A stretch of 64,000 bases of DNA from Spirochaetota bacterium (GTDB taxonomy: Bacteria; Spirochaetota; UBA4802; UB4802): NCBI GenBank assembly GCA_035420565.1, contig DAOLVF010000002.1, positions 5,896 to 69,895 on the forward strand. Reading direction: 5' to 3'. How positions within the stretch are numbered: position 1 is the stretch's first letter; every line of letters starts with the position of its first letter. This document shows positions 10,411 to 20,999 of the stretch, piece by piece. The notes under the pieces were generated by a model. It did no database searches, was not told the DNA's origin, and saw only the letters and a list, made by a program, of their open reading frames with translations. Both the position numbers and the translations under genes were made by a program.

Positions 10411-11267
10411 AACAAAAACTGTAAAAGTGGAAATGCATGCTGAGTTAATGCAATTGTTACGGGTTTGTCAAAAGAATTCTCTGTATAACGTATTATGCCA
10501 AAAAATGATAACCATGTAATGACCGAAAAATCAAGCAATGAAACAGCAAACAGGTCGTTATATTTTGCAATCCCGGTTAGTTCAAAAAATGTCTGTGCAA
10601 CCTCGTCCAACTGTACTGATTTGTTTGTGTTTACAATGATATCCAATAGTAGCTGTCGGCTATTTTTAATCTCATTTGAGATGTATCCACCCGATGGAAA
10701 AAGGCTTTTCCAGTTACACTTATTCCAGAAAGCTAAAAACATCTGCCGATATAGATCGTCACTGTTTATTTCCATTATTTTATTCTCATTAATAATACCG
10801 GCAACCTTTAATATGATGCCAGTTTGTTTACAGTATATAGTAAGTAAATCACTATCATACTGCAATAAGGGATTGCTCAATAAACTATTGACGCATTGTG
10901 AGTAAAAATCTGCAGATAGCCGTTCATTTTTTTTTGGTTTTTGGTTTGTATTTTTAAGTATGTTGAGTATACACCGTGCAATAATTATTGCATTACAATT
11001 ATTTAAACATTCGCTATAATCATTTTGTATTTTTTTTGCTGCAAACCCAGCTTCAAAGGTATTGTTAACGTTCCATACCAATTTATAGCAGGATTGAAGA
11101 ACATCATGCATAATTTTATCTTTTTTTATTGATTTTACATTATTAAACCGCTTATCAATCTCGCTTGCAATCAAATCATTTGACAATTCATGTTCAAGTG
11201 CATACAGTGCAAGCGTATTTATTGATGATTTAAACCGATGCGTTATCACATCAGCAGCATGTTTCAT
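10404..11267 (-). CDS. hypothetical protein whose stop overlaps the galK start
   Basis: 287-aa ORF with no recognisable motif. Coding-like composition and a 7-nt overlap with galK. Confidence 0.5.
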   Translation of the reverse strand: MKHAADVITHRFKSSINTLALYALEHELSNDLIASEIDKRFNNVKSIKKDKIMHDVLQSCYKLVWNVNNTFEAGFAAKKIQNDYSECLNNCNAIIIARCILNILKNTNQKPKKNERLSADFYSQCVNSLLSNPLLQYDSDLLTIYCKQTGIILKVAGIINENKIMEINSDDLYRQMFLAFWNKCNWKSLFPSGGYISNEIKNSRQLLLDIIVNTNKSVQLDEVAQTFFELTGIAKYNDLFAVSLLDFSVITWLSFFGIIRYTENSFDKPVTIALTQHAFPLLQFLLC

Positions 11268-11298
11268 AGTTATATACTACTCCCTCAAAAATGGAATA

Positions 11299-11430
11299 AT
11301 ACCGTGTCATTCTTAATGAGCAAAGCAACTGAAGAATCTTGTTGTCCATATTGTCATTCTGAGGGGCAAAACCACAAAGAATATATTCTTTCATAAATGA
11401 CAAGATTCTTCGCTAACGCTTAGTATGACA
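11299..11430. repeat. MITE-like dispersed inverted-repeat element, copy A (short form)
   Basis: Contains two GTCATTCT(G/T)A...AAGAATCT units and ends ...ATGACA. Shares 5' and 3' modules with the copies at 22.9, 36.3 and 49.0 kb. Confidence 0.6.
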
Positions 11431-11988
11431 TACCCTTACAACGACTGCATGCATTGCTTCAACTTAGCTCAGCACAGGCACTTTTGCTTTAGAATGGCTA
11501 TAGGCTTCACCATAAGAATGCCAATAATGCTTCATTTCCATCATATTTAGGAAGATGCCCTGTAGCCATAAGGAAATCCACTGTTAAAAATATTTTAAAT
11601 AAAATGTACCAAAAAGGAATAAAACAATACAATATATGGTTACATCAGCTTATGAAATTAATTGATAAACATACTATCATGAATTAATTTTTAGTCAATT
11701 AATATTTTATTAAAATAAAAAAAAGTTGTAAAGGTAAAAAAATACTGTACATTTATTTACTTCACTAATATTAATATATTAAAAATTTTTGGTTTTTACT
11801 TGCATTAATAAAATGATTTTTTTTATTAATATTAATGTGTAACATTATTTAAACAAGGGAACCTCTAATAATTATATTCTGAATGTTTCCTTGTGAACAC
11901 AAGCATTGACAGCATGTTTTTTATTTTTTAATAACGAAAAACTTGATTTTTAAGGGCGTTCATAAATATAAAAACAAGAGGTCCGGGG

Positions 11989-12912
11989 ATGTGGTTATTG
12001 TCTTTAATTGATGCAGCACAAAACGAAATAAAGGAAATTCAGAATAATACAAAATGCATTTTGCATGTTTTATCTGAAGAAATTGGCGAGCGAACATTGC
12101 GAAAATATGATAATTTAAATAAAAGCCGCCAATTCATATACAATTATTTACACCAAAGCAATGACAATGTATATGAAGAAAAATATCTGGTAGATAATTT
12201 GGAAGTAAGCAATATTATTGCTGAAATACCAGGTTTTGAACATAGTAATGAAATAATAATTATTGGCGCACATTATGATACCATAGAAGACACTTCCGGT
12301 GCTGATGATAATGGATCCGCTGTAGCCGGTCTGCTTGAACTGCATAGGATGTTATCACAGTATACATTCAGAAAGACATTGCGTTTTGTTGCATTTACTC
12401 TTGAGGAACCACCTTTCTTCTCAGGACCATATATGGGCAGCATGGTACATGCGCTGGGATGTAAAGATAAAGGTGAAAACATTAATTTAATGATCTGCCT
12501 TGAAATGATAGGATATGCAGGGAACAGAATGCAGCAGGATTACCCATTAAGGAGTATGCAAAACGAATATCCACCATATGGAAATTTTTTAGCTGTGGTT
12601 TCATTACCAAGCTATGCACCGTATGCATATAAATGGAAAAAGGAGTACAATAAATATGCAAAAAATAAGATAGTTGATATGATAGGACCAGCTTCCATAC
12701 CCGGAATAAATTTATCAGATCATTATTCATTTAATAAATTTGGATTTCCGGCAATAATGATTACTGATACGGCATTTTACAGGAATAAAAACTATCATAC
12801 AGAAGGCGATACCTATGGAACAATAAATTTTAAATTTTTATCAGAATCAATATTTAATACATTCATGGCAGTAAAAACGCTATCAAATGAAAGGGATATC
12901 CTTGATGAATGA
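11989..12912 (+). CDS. M28 family zinc aminopeptidase
   Basis: Metal-ligand region IIIGAHYDTIEDTSGADDNGSAVAGLLEL and downstream EEPPF. RBS AAGAGG. Confidence 0.75.
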   Translation: MWLLSLIDAAQNEIKEIQNNTKCILHVLSEEIGERTLRKYDNLNKSRQFIYNYLHQSNDNVYEEKYLVDNLEVSNIIAEIPGFEHSNEIIIIGAHYDTIEDTSGADDNGSAVAGLLELHRMLSQYTFRKTLRFVAFTLEEPPFFSGPYMGSMVHALGCKDKGENINLMICLEMIGYAGNRMQQDYPLRSMQNEYPPYGNFLAVVSLPSYAPYAYKWKKEYNKYAKNKIVDMIGPASIPGINLSDHYSFNKFGFPAIMITDTAFYRNKNYHTEGDTYGTINFKFLSESIFNTFMAVKTLSNERDILDE

Positions 12913-13444
12913 ATTCAAACCATTACCAATACAGGATTCTCATCGACTCATTAATGCAGGCAATGTTATATTGATTTCAGCTCAGTCCAAGGAAAAAAAG
13001 ACTATAACAACCGTTGCATGGCATATGCCAGTAAGCAATAATCCAAAGTTATTATCATGCGCACTGGCAAATAAGCGATATAGCCTGGAATTAATCAAAG
13101 AATCCAAAAGCTTTTGTATAAATATTCCTGATTTTGCTATGCTTGATACAGTTATATTTTGTGGGACTTATTCCGGACGAACAGTGGACAAATGTAAAGA
13201 AGCACATCTGACTGCCTTACCATGTTCAGACATTGACGGATTTTTTATTGCTGAATGTGTTGCCTACATAGAATGCCAGCTTTATTCAATGGTGGAGGCT
13301 GGTGATCATACTATCGTTATTGGCCAGGTTACATGCGCTCATGCAAAAATACATTGCTTTACACCTGATGGTGTCATTGATATTAACAAAGTGCAATTAA
13401 TCCACCATTTAGGCGGAACTCATTTTGGAATTCTAAAAAATTAG
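12905..13444 (+). CDS. flavin reductase-like (FMN-binding split-barrel) domain protein
   Basis: Flavin_Reduct family similarity (TVAWHMPVS ... [25 protein letters not shown]). Start chosen at the ATG that overlaps the M28 stop (ATGAATGA). Confidence 0.7.
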   Translation: MNEFKPLPIQDSHRLINAGNVILISAQSKEKKTITTVAWHMPVSNNPKLLSCALANKRYSLELIKESKSFCINIPDFAMLDTVIFCGTYSGRTVDKCKEAHLTALPCSDIDGFFIAECVAYIECQLYSMVEAGDHTIVIGQVTCAHAKIHCFTPDGVIDINKVQLIHHLGGTHFGILKN

Positions 13445-13457
13445 GACGGATAACGAT

Positions 13458-13661
13458 ATGGAGTGTAAAAAAGATCGAAATCTAAAAGTATGCACCTGTA
13501 CTTATGAGCCTTGCTCACGGAAAGGATTATGCTGTGATTGTATTTCATATCACCTGAAAAGCAGGGAACTCCCTGCTTGTGCCTTCTCAAAAGAAGCAGA
13601 AAAGACATATGACCGATCATTTGAACATTTTGTAAAACTGGTTTCAGCAGGGAAGATATAA
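13458..13661 (+). CDS. small cysteine-rich protein (8 Cys in 67 aa), probable metal-binding DUF
   Basis: [21 protein letters not shown] cysteine cluster. RBS and spacing are consistent. Confidence 0.5.
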   Translation: MECKKDRNLKVCTCTYEPCSRKGLCCDCISYHLKSRELPACAFSKEAEKTYDRSFEHFVKLVSAGKI

Positions 13662-13737
13662 CATATGTATTCTTCTATACATAGCATTATTCACCAGTGT
13701 CATTGAGGGCTTGACCAGGAATCTAAATAATTAACTG

Positions 13738-13812
13738 ATATCCTGAAATGAATTCAGGATGACACTCTGCACATTGTTATTCCAGGCTTACTTCTGCATC
13801 AAAATGACTGTC
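13738..13812. repeat. partial copy (F) of the MITE-like element, internal module
   Basis: CCTGAAATGA..TTCAGGATGACAC..CACATTGTTATTC matches the central part of the copies at 36.3 and 49.0 kb. Confidence 0.4.
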
Positions 13813-13955
13813 GCCAGCTATTTCCATCCCCTATGGAGGTCATAAGCCAGCCATGGGTAACTCCTCAGAAAATAGAAATTTTCATCTAATCAGCAGTTGA
13901 AAAATAATTGTACCAGGATTTTGTGGGACAAAATATTACAATTTTAGATATACCA

Positions 13956-14843
13956 TTACTTCTTTGCCAGGTACATCAAAGGATCCAGTGGTTTCCCCGA
14001 TTGATTAATCTGGAAATGAAGTGAAGGATTGGTAGCATCAAGTATCCCGATTGTTGTCCCACAACCAACAACCTGCCCTTCCTTAACCCGGATTGCATCA
14101 AGTTTGGAGTATATTGTGTAAAAATCCTTTTTATGCTGTATAACAACAAAATTTCCAAACCCCCGCATTGAACCAATTTTTACAATGGTACCATGTGCAC
14201 TTGCCATAACATTGCTTTTTGGAGTGCTTTTAATGAGTATACCAATGGGTCGCGCTCCATTTTTGTTATCACGCCCAACACCAGCAACATATGTTACCGG
14301 CCACATAAACAATGGTTTTGATATACTTTTTTTAGTAGCCCCCTTGCTGATTTTGCTTTGTTTATTTATTCCACAATCGGCGCTGTCATCCGATATGGGT
14401 ATCAAAATACGCTGACCTGCTTTAATGGCAGTAGGATTAGCGATATTGTTCATAGTCTGGATGTCATTAATGGAAACAGCATATTTTTTTGAAAGTCTAT
14501 ATAATGTTTCACCTTTTTTAACAGTATGCCATATCCCGGATTTACTATTATTTTCAGGTACCGGATTAATGTGCTGATAACTATCGCTCATGATATGTTT
14601 AGTATCATCTTCTTCATATTTACTATATTTATCATAACACACTGGCATGGTTGTATCTTTTTTATTTTTTTGAATATACATAGTATCATCCTGAAAGGGG
14701 GTATACTCTTCAGGCTGTTCAAACTTATAGTAATTGTGCTTATCACGGGATGTATCGGGTTTAGATCTATATGCAGGTGGGACACAACTAATTGAAACCA
14801 ATATAAATAGTGTTATAATAAAGGCACTCATCCATGAATACAT
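13956..14843 (-). CDS. LysM domain / M23 family peptidoglycan metalloendopeptidase
   Basis: LysM motif TVKKGETLYRLSKKYAVSINDIQTMN and M23 motifs HGTIVKIG ... GNFVVIQH ... LHFQI. N-terminal signal anchor. Confidence 0.85.
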   Translation of the reverse strand: MYSWMSAFIITLFILVSISCVPPAYRSKPDTSRDKHNYYKFEQPEEYTPFQDDTMYIQKNKKDTTMPVCYDKYSKYEEDDTKHIMSDSYQHINPVPENNSKSGIWHTVKKGETLYRLSKKYAVSINDIQTMNNIANPTAIKAGQRILIPISDDSADCGINKQSKISKGATKKSISKPLFMWPVTYVAGVGRDNKNGARPIGILIKSTPKSNVMASAHGTIVKIGSMRGFGNFVVIQHKKDFYTIYSKLDAIRVKEGQVVGCGTTIGILDATNPSLHFQINQSGKPLDPLMYLAKK

Positions 14844-14950
14844 GGAACATCTCCTTATGTTCCGTTTGTTAGCACATTACCGGGAAGTAATAGTAACCCT
14901 TATCATTATATCGGATAGTTATTCTGCAGAATTGAGTAATTAATTATTTT

Positions 14951-15370
14951 TTATTCATGATAGTCGACAGTTGTTGTTACAGTTAACTTGCCATGTCGAA
15001 CATTTTTTATAGCCAGCAAATTATCAGCAATTTTTTTAACCTGTTGAGCGGTACCCCGCATTAATAAAACCTCTAAACAATTATGTTCATCCATATGAAC
15101 ATGTACTGATGAAATGATGTATTTATAATTGTCATGTTGCAGGTCATTGAGTTTATCAGCTATCTCACGAACATCATGGCTGTAAACTAATGTCAATGTC
15201 CCGATAACTTCACTATTGGGGTCGGAAACATCTTCTTTAACAAGCATATCTCTGATTAAATCACGTATTGCCTCTGAACGATTGACATATCCTTTTTCAT
15301 TGATTAAGGCATCAAACCTATCAAGAAGCTTTTCATCTATTGATACACCAAAACGAATGACACTATTCAT
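14951..15370 (-). CDS. nikR: nickel-responsive regulator NikR (RHH + ACT-like metal-binding domain)
   Basis: N-terminal RHH RFGVSIDEKLLDRFD...GYVNRSEAIRDLIR and C-terminal H-x-H...C ligands (HVHMDEHNCLEVLLMRG). 139 aa. Confidence 0.75.
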   Translation of the reverse strand: MNSVIRFGVSIDEKLLDRFDALINEKGYVNRSEAIRDLIRDMLVKEDVSDPNSEVIGTLTLVYSHDVREIADKLNDLQHDNYKYIISSVHVHMDEHNCLEVLLMRGTAQQVKKIADNLLAIKNVRHGKLTVTTTVDYHE

Positions 15371-15513
15371 AATGCTTCCCTCACATTAATTTTTTACATA
15401 GCTATGATGGAGCAATAATCTACTTTGTGCAAGTAAATTTTTTATAGCGAAGGAACAATGACAATGCTGGGCTATGAGGAGTGTTATAAACTGCTGTTGA
15501 CAGAAATAATTAT

Positions 15514-17058
15514 TTAATCATTCACCACACCACGACGTAAACTATTGGCTATAACAATAATATGGTGAGTAATACTATTGATTATGGTAAATAATGAAGT
15601 ATAAAGATAACCAACCTGAAATAGCATTATAAGTGGTATTGAAACATAGAGGTTTTTATCAAAAGCAAAATATACAGCAAGGGACATGTACAGCCCAAGA
15701 ATAAATTCAATGATTGATACAATATTAATGGTATGGAGGCTATATTTATTCTTTAACAAAGTCTTTACATGCTCTACTGCATTGATACGGTGCAATGATG
15801 CAACATTATATTTTGGTGTTCTGTTGAAATCACTTTTTTTATTGAACAGGGCTTCAATGACAGCTTTACTGTTGTTGATGGACAAGCCGATACCAACAGC
15901 AAGTACCATTGGCAGATAGACCAATGGTTTAAACTTTGAATCAAAGCTATTTTTATTATGATAAAGAATGGATAATTCAGTGTAAAAATAAAATATTACA
16001 ACTGATAGCGTTGCTAATATAAAAATAGGCAAATCAAGATATGCAAATTTTTTAAATCCACCATAATATCGCACCCACAGTGCAACAGGCATCAGAAGGG
16101 TAAGAAATACCATGAGCAAGTAAGCAAAGTTTGCACCTAAATGCATAAATGATTCAATCTTAATTTTCAATGGAAGTTGAGCATTGAGGATAGTTTTATA
16201 AAGCTTTTTGAAGACTTGGATAGAGCCTTTTGCCCATCTGAACTGTTGTGCTTTAAAAGCTGAAATTTCGATAGGCAATTCGGCAGGTACCGTAACATCA
16301 GGAAGATACAAAAATTTCCAGCCACTAATTTGCGAACGGTAGCTCAAGTCTAAATCTTCAGTGATTGTATCATGCTGCCAGCCTCCACCATCAATAATAG
16401 CCTGTCTTCGCCATACACCGGCAGTACCGTTAAAGTTAAAAAATCTTCCGGAACGATTCCTGGCAGTATGCTCAATCATGAAATGACCATCTAATAAAAT
16501 ACTCTGGCACTCAGTTAATAGTGAATAATGGCGGTTAATATGGTCCCATCTGGTTTGAACCATGCCGATAGTTGGGTCAGTAAAATAATGTATGGTTTTT
16601 TGTAAAAAGTCAGGATTGGGCATAAAATCGGCATCAAATACAGCAATGAACTCGCTGTCAGTATATTTAAGCCCATTTTCCAGCGCACCGGCTTTAAAAC
16701 CCGTTCTATCTGTCCGGTGGATATAGATAATAGTATAGCCTTCTTTACGCTTTTGTTTGCAGATCTTTTCAGCTAACGCTGATGTTTCATCAGTAGAATC
16801 ATCCAGAACCTGAATCTCTAATTTCTTCCTGGGGTACTCTAACTGTGTTACCGCGTTGATAAGGCGCTCCACCACATATTGCTCATTGTAGATAGGCAAT
16901 TGAACGGTAACCTTTGGTAAATTCTTAAAAACAGCTTTTGGTTTAACTTTGTTTCTACTATGTTTAATGAAAAGATACATCGTATAATAGCGGTGAGCTC
17001 CAAATATTGAGAGCAATAATAATATCAGACCATAAAAAATAAGTATAAAAAGCTTCAT
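15514..17058 (-). CDS. processive family-2 glycosyltransferase (cellulose/chitin-synthase-like, QxxRW)
   Basis: DxD regions VLDDSTDET and FDADF, QQFRWAKG, an N-terminal TM helix and four or more C-terminal TM helices. Start at the Met preceded by AAGGAAG. Confidence 0.8.
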   Translation of the reverse strand: MKLFILIFYGLILLLLSIFGAHRYYTMYLFIKHSRNKVKPKAVFKNLPKVTVQLPIYNEQYVVERLINAVTQLEYPRKKLEIQVLDDSTDETSALAEKICKQKRKEGYTIIYIHRTDRTGFKAGALENGLKYTDSEFIAVFDADFMPNPDFLQKTIHYFTDPTIGMVQTRWDHINRHYSLLTECQSILLDGHFMIEHTARNRSGRFFNFNGTAGVWRRQAIIDGGGWQHDTITEDLDLSYRSQISGWKFLYLPDVTVPAELPIEISAFKAQQFRWAKGSIQVFKKLYKTILNAQLPLKIKIESFMHLGANFAYLLMVFLTLLMPVALWVRYYGGFKKFAYLDLPIFILATLSVVIFYFYTELSILYHNKNSFDSKFKPLVYLPMVLAVGIGLSINNSKAVIEALFNKKSDFNRTPKYNVASLHRINAVEHVKTLLKNKYSLHTINIVSIIEFILGLYMSLAVYFAFDKNLYVSIPLIMLFQVGYLYTSLFTIINSITHHIIVIANSLRRGVVND

Positions 17059-17212
17059 AGGGGGTACTTCCTTTTTTTGTAAGAAGGATAAATACAATAA
17101 TGAAATATTAAAAACGGAGTATAGCGCATAAAAAATACTTTACAATAATTTATGAGTACCATATAATAAATCATTACGTTGTATGTCAATACTATTTATC
17201 AGGAGGTATACA

Positions 17213-17863
17213 ATGACTCAGGCTACTATTCAGGCATTACAGGGTTTGCGGGATTTATCAATGATTAAGTGGCATGTAATACCGCTACTGGCTATTGTTT
17301 TCTATATCTATACACGTGAGATGAAAGAGGCTCGAACAAGCGGCAACTGGAATGCCATTTTTGCAGGACTTACGATTTTTGGTGTGGATTTTTTCAATGA
17401 AACATGGAATGGATGGGTTATGCACCTTACACAGCGTTCAGCAGTATGGACAACACCAGGGGATACTGCACTGCGCACCATGGTTGGCTGGAATATTGAA
17501 ATAATGTTTATGTTCTCCATTCTGGGGATTATTTTTTATCACACGTTAACCGGCAAAAACATAAAGATTTTAGGTATTCCCGAACAATGGTTCTGGGCTA
17601 TTGGGTATTCAGCTTTTTGTGTGTTTGTTGAATGTTTACTCAATGTTGGTGGACACCTTGTCTGGGAATACGAATACTGGCGGTTGTCATTCAAGGGAGT
17701 GTGGCTCATCTTTTTGTTTGGATATTTTCATTTCTTCTTCTTTGCTAATATTGTGATTGGACTATCCACTATCAAAAAGAAGATTATTGCTGTTGGCATC
17801 ATCTATGCTGTTCCAATAATCATGAACATAATAGCACTTGGTTTCCTGGGATGGATGTATTAA
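17213..17863 (+). CDS. hypothetical polytopic membrane protein, divergent from the GT2 gene
   Basis: Five to six hydrophobic helices. AGGAGG RBS 6 nt upstream of the ATG at 17213. Confidence 0.5.
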   Translation: MTQATIQALQGLRDLSMIKWHVIPLLAIVFYIYTREMKEARTSGNWNAIFAGLTIFGVDFFNETWNGWVMHLTQRSAVWTTPGDTALRTMVGWNIEIMFMFSILGIIFYHTLTGKNIKILGIPEQWFWAIGYSAFCVFVECLLNVGGHLVWEYEYWRLSFKGVWLIFLFGYFHFFFFANIVIGLSTIKKKIIAVGIIYAVPIIMNIIALGFLGWMY

Positions 17864-17882
17864 ACAGTAACTATCGCCCACA

Positions 17883-19208
17883 TTAAAATTGTGGTTTATA
17901 AATTTCTTCAGGAAATTTTTTTAATATCGTTGCAGGTAGCGCATTGCTTTTGGCAATCTGAGCATATACCATGCCACTATGTTTGATGGTACGTTTCTGG
18001 GTTTTAAAATCAACATGCACCAATCCAAAGCGCGGTTCGTACCCATGCTCCCATTCAAAGTTATCAATGATCGACCAGTAGAAATACCCTCGGATGTCAA
18101 CACCTTCGGTGATTGCTTTATGAAGCATCTTGAGGTGATCAATAAGCACACGCTGTCGCCAGCTATCATCATTGGTGCCTATGCCATTTTCGGTAATATA
18201 CATGGGAATATGCGAGAAAGCATTATGCATTAGCTTTATAGCCAGATAAAATCCTTCGGGGTACGGTTCCCATCCAAGGCTGACACATAAGCCTTTTTTG
18301 CCACATACGGGGTTGTCAGTAGCAGGTACGGCCAGATCCTTTAATCGCAATGATAGCCTGATGAAGTTATAAAAATTAACGCCTATAAAATCATTGGTAT
18401 TGATTAGCTCCCTGTGTGATGAAAAAATTTGCAAGGGCAATTTTCCCTTTTTTAAGGAGCGGATAATAGCTCCATTAAAACAATAATCAGCAAACGCTGT
18501 AAATAGCTTATCCATGATACTGTTAGGATTGTACGGTTTTGTGATCTGAACATTGTGCACTATCCCAACCTTTGCATCAGGGTCAACAGATTTAATGGTA
18601 TGGTAAGCAATGGCATGCATCAGCATTGTTGTACCCAGCGCTTTAATGGCTTTGAGCATATTTTTTTGTCCAGGAGCAGATGTACCGGTAATATAGCCAA
18701 GCATGACAATACTTGGCTCGTTAATGGTATTGTAGAATTTTACCTTCCCTTTCAATGTTTTAGCAACAACATCGCAAAACTGTTTAAAATGCTCAAGGTG
18801 TTCTTTATCTCTGTTTAATAAGCCGCCTTCGTTGCACCACCAGATAGGAAGTGTAAAATGAAACAATGTCACAAAAGGCGTTATTTTACGCTTCAGCAAC
18901 TCGTTTATCATCGTCACATAATGGTCAAGTGCCTTTTTATCAAGCGTCCCGGGCTGGGGGAAAATCCGCGACCATTCTATTGACATGCGATATGCATTGC
19001 AGTTGAGCTTTTTTAAAAGATCAAAATCCTGTTTGAAGCGATTCCAGTGATCACAGGCAACAAGCGCGCTGTCATTATTTTTGATTGTACCTTCTTTTTC
19101 AAAAAGCCACCAGTTGTTGTTTGTAGTGCCACCTTCTATCTGATGAGCAGCGGTTGCGGTGCCCCACAAAAATCCCTTTGGAAATACAATATCTTCTTTT
19201 TGCGCCAT
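17883..19208 (-). CDS. GH1 beta-glucosidase
   Basis: FLWGTATAAHQIEGG N-terminal signature and nucleophile motif YITENGIG. Confidence 0.9.
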   Translation of the reverse strand: MAQKEDIVFPKGFLWGTATAAHQIEGGTTNNNWWLFEKEGTIKNNDSALVACDHWNRFKQDFDLLKKLNCNAYRMSIEWSRIFPQPGTLDKKALDHYVTMINELLKRKITPFVTLFHFTLPIWWCNEGGLLNRDKEHLEHFKQFCDVVAKTLKGKVKFYNTINEPSIVMLGYITGTSAPGQKNMLKAIKALGTTMLMHAIAYHTIKSVDPDAKVGIVHNVQITKPYNPNSIMDKLFTAFADYCFNGAIIRSLKKGKLPLQIFSSHRELINTNDFIGVNFYNFIRLSLRLKDLAVPATDNPVCGKKGLCVSLGWEPYPEGFYLAIKLMHNAFSHIPMYITENGIGTNDDSWRQRVLIDHLKMLHKAITEGVDIRGYFYWSIIDNFEWEHGYEPRFGLVHVDFKTQKRTIKHSGMVYAQIAKSNALPATILKKFPEEIYKPQF

Positions 19209-19520
19209 AACACCCTCGCTTTATTATTGTACTACACTATAAAAACATCTTTTTTACATTATTGAGTTGCTATAAAAAAATCAATAAAAAAATTATTATA
19301 CAGCAACCTATCATTGTGGTTACACATACTCTATGAACAACAGCAATGTAGATTACCATATATGGAATTATGGAACAAATGAGTATGATTGGCGATAGTT
19401 ACCGGTAAAAAAGTGATTGTAAAAAACCTATGAAAAGTGATTGAATAAATTCATTACCATACTTATATGCTGTGACAATAGCATTTTGAGCGCAAACAAA
19501 GAATCATGCCGTTGTGGGGA

Positions 19521-19600
19521 TATGTCATTCTGAGCGTCAGCAAAGAATCTCGTCTTTTGTGAAAGAGTATATTTTCTGGGACTTCGTCCCTCAGAATGAC
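19521..19600. repeat. MITE-like element copy B (80-bp minimal hairpin form)
   Basis: TATGTCATTCTGAGCG...AAAGAATCT...CCCTCAGAATGAC with 11-bp terminal inverted repeats. Confidence 0.55.
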
Positions 19601-19662
19601 AAAATGTGTTGCGTTTACCTGGAATTATAACGGTAAAAAATCATAGTGTTAAGGAAAATTAT

Positions 19663-20973
19663 ATGCCGACAACAATAAAAAATTTGGGACCTTGCACCGT
19701 TGTTTCTCCATTAGCAGTAAAATATCGCCAGCGTGAAGCTGCTTTTATTAATGATGCCATTAGAGTTCGTTTTAATGCATTCATAGGTAAAAAACCTCCC
19801 TCTGGTGGTGAAACAATTGAAAGCTTTGAAGCTGCAGGACCTCGTGAGAAGATTTTTTTTAATCCTGAAACAACACGAGTCGCTATTACCAGTTGCGGAG
19901 GATTAAGTCCGGGGATTAATGATGTTATCCGTTCACTGGTGATGGAATCGTATTATGGATATGGAATAAATGACATCATTGGCATACCCTATGGTTATAA
20001 TGGATTAAATCCTGAATATAATTATACCCCCATCCCCTTAAATCCTGACAATGTAAAATCAATCCATATGCAGGGCGGAAGCATTCTGGGTTCATCGCGT
20101 GGTGGCACCAGGGATATGGATAAACTTGTTGATACACTGCAAAAACTAAACGTCAGCATCCTCTATACAATAGGTGGCGATGGTACACTGCGGGGCTCAC
20201 ACGACATTGCCATGATTGCATTACAAAGAGGGTTGCCCCTGGCAGCAGTTGGTATCCCAAAAACTATCGACAATGACATAAGCTTTATTCAGCGTTCATT
20301 TGGATTTGAGACAGCTTTTTCTATTGCTGTAGAGGCAATCTATGCAGCGCATACAGAAGCAATAGGAGCACCCAACGGGATAGGACTTGTTAAACTTATG
20401 GGCAGGCACTCAGGTTTTATTGCGGCAAATGCAGCGCTGGCAAGCAATGATGTCAATTTTGTATTATTGCCCGAGGTTCCCTTTGAACTGTATGGAGCAA
20501 ATGGATTATGCGCCCATCTTGAAAATAGGTTGCAAAGAAGAGGACATGCTGTCATATGTGTCGCTGAAGGCGCAGGACAGGAAATACTGCAAAAAGATTC
20601 TGATAAACAATATGATGCTTCAGGCAATGTAAAATTGGCTGACATTGGTGCCTATCTAAAAGAAAAGATACAGGAATATTTTAAACAAAAAAAGATTGAA
20701 ATTAATTTAAAATACATTGATCCAAGCTATATGATACGCAGTGCCCCCGCAGTTCCCAATGATTCTATCTATTGTACATTATTAGGGCAGAATGCCGTTC
20801 ATGCCGGTATGGCCGGGAAAACAGATTTAGTCATTGGCCAATGGAGTAATATATACACTCATGTCCCGGTTGAGGTTGCAATTTCAAAACGAAAGCGCAT
20901 AGATCCCCATTCGCGCTTCTATAGCAGTGTACTTGACGCAACAGGACAACCTTTTGCGATGATAAATGAATAA
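19663..20973 (+). CDS. pfp: pyrophosphate-dependent 6-phosphofructokinase (PFK family, long B-type)
   Basis: ITSCGGLSPGINDVIRSLV ... TIGGDGTLRGS ... GIPKTIDNDI. Start at the Met preceded by AAGGAAAA. The PPi-versus-ATP assignment rests on the long-form architecture and is an inference. Confidence 0.8.
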   Translation: MPTTIKNLGPCTVVSPLAVKYRQREAAFINDAIRVRFNAFIGKKPPSGGETIESFEAAGPREKIFFNPETTRVAITSCGGLSPGINDVIRSLVMESYYGYGINDIIGIPYGYNGLNPEYNYTPIPLNPDNVKSIHMQGGSILGSSRGGTRDMDKLVDTLQKLNVSILYTIGGDGTLRGSHDIAMIALQRGLPLAAVGIPKTIDNDISFIQRSFGFETAFSIAVEAIYAAHTEAIGAPNGIGLVKLMGRHSGFIAANAALASNDVNFVLLPEVPFELYGANGLCAHLENRLQRRGHAVICVAEGAGQEILQKDSDKQYDASGNVKLADIGAYLKEKIQEYFKQKKIEINLKYIDPSYMIRSAPAVPNDSIYCTLLGQNAVHAGMAGKTDLVIGQWSNIYTHVPVEVAISKRKRIDPHSRFYSSVLDATGQPFAMINE

Positions 20974-20999
20974 TAATTTTATTCTAAAGGAGGTTTGCA

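Noticed and set aside
11455-11480. tRNA-like start CTTAGCTCAGCACAGG
   Set aside because: No acceptor-stem complement, no T-loop GTTC box, and no cloverleaf can be drawn.
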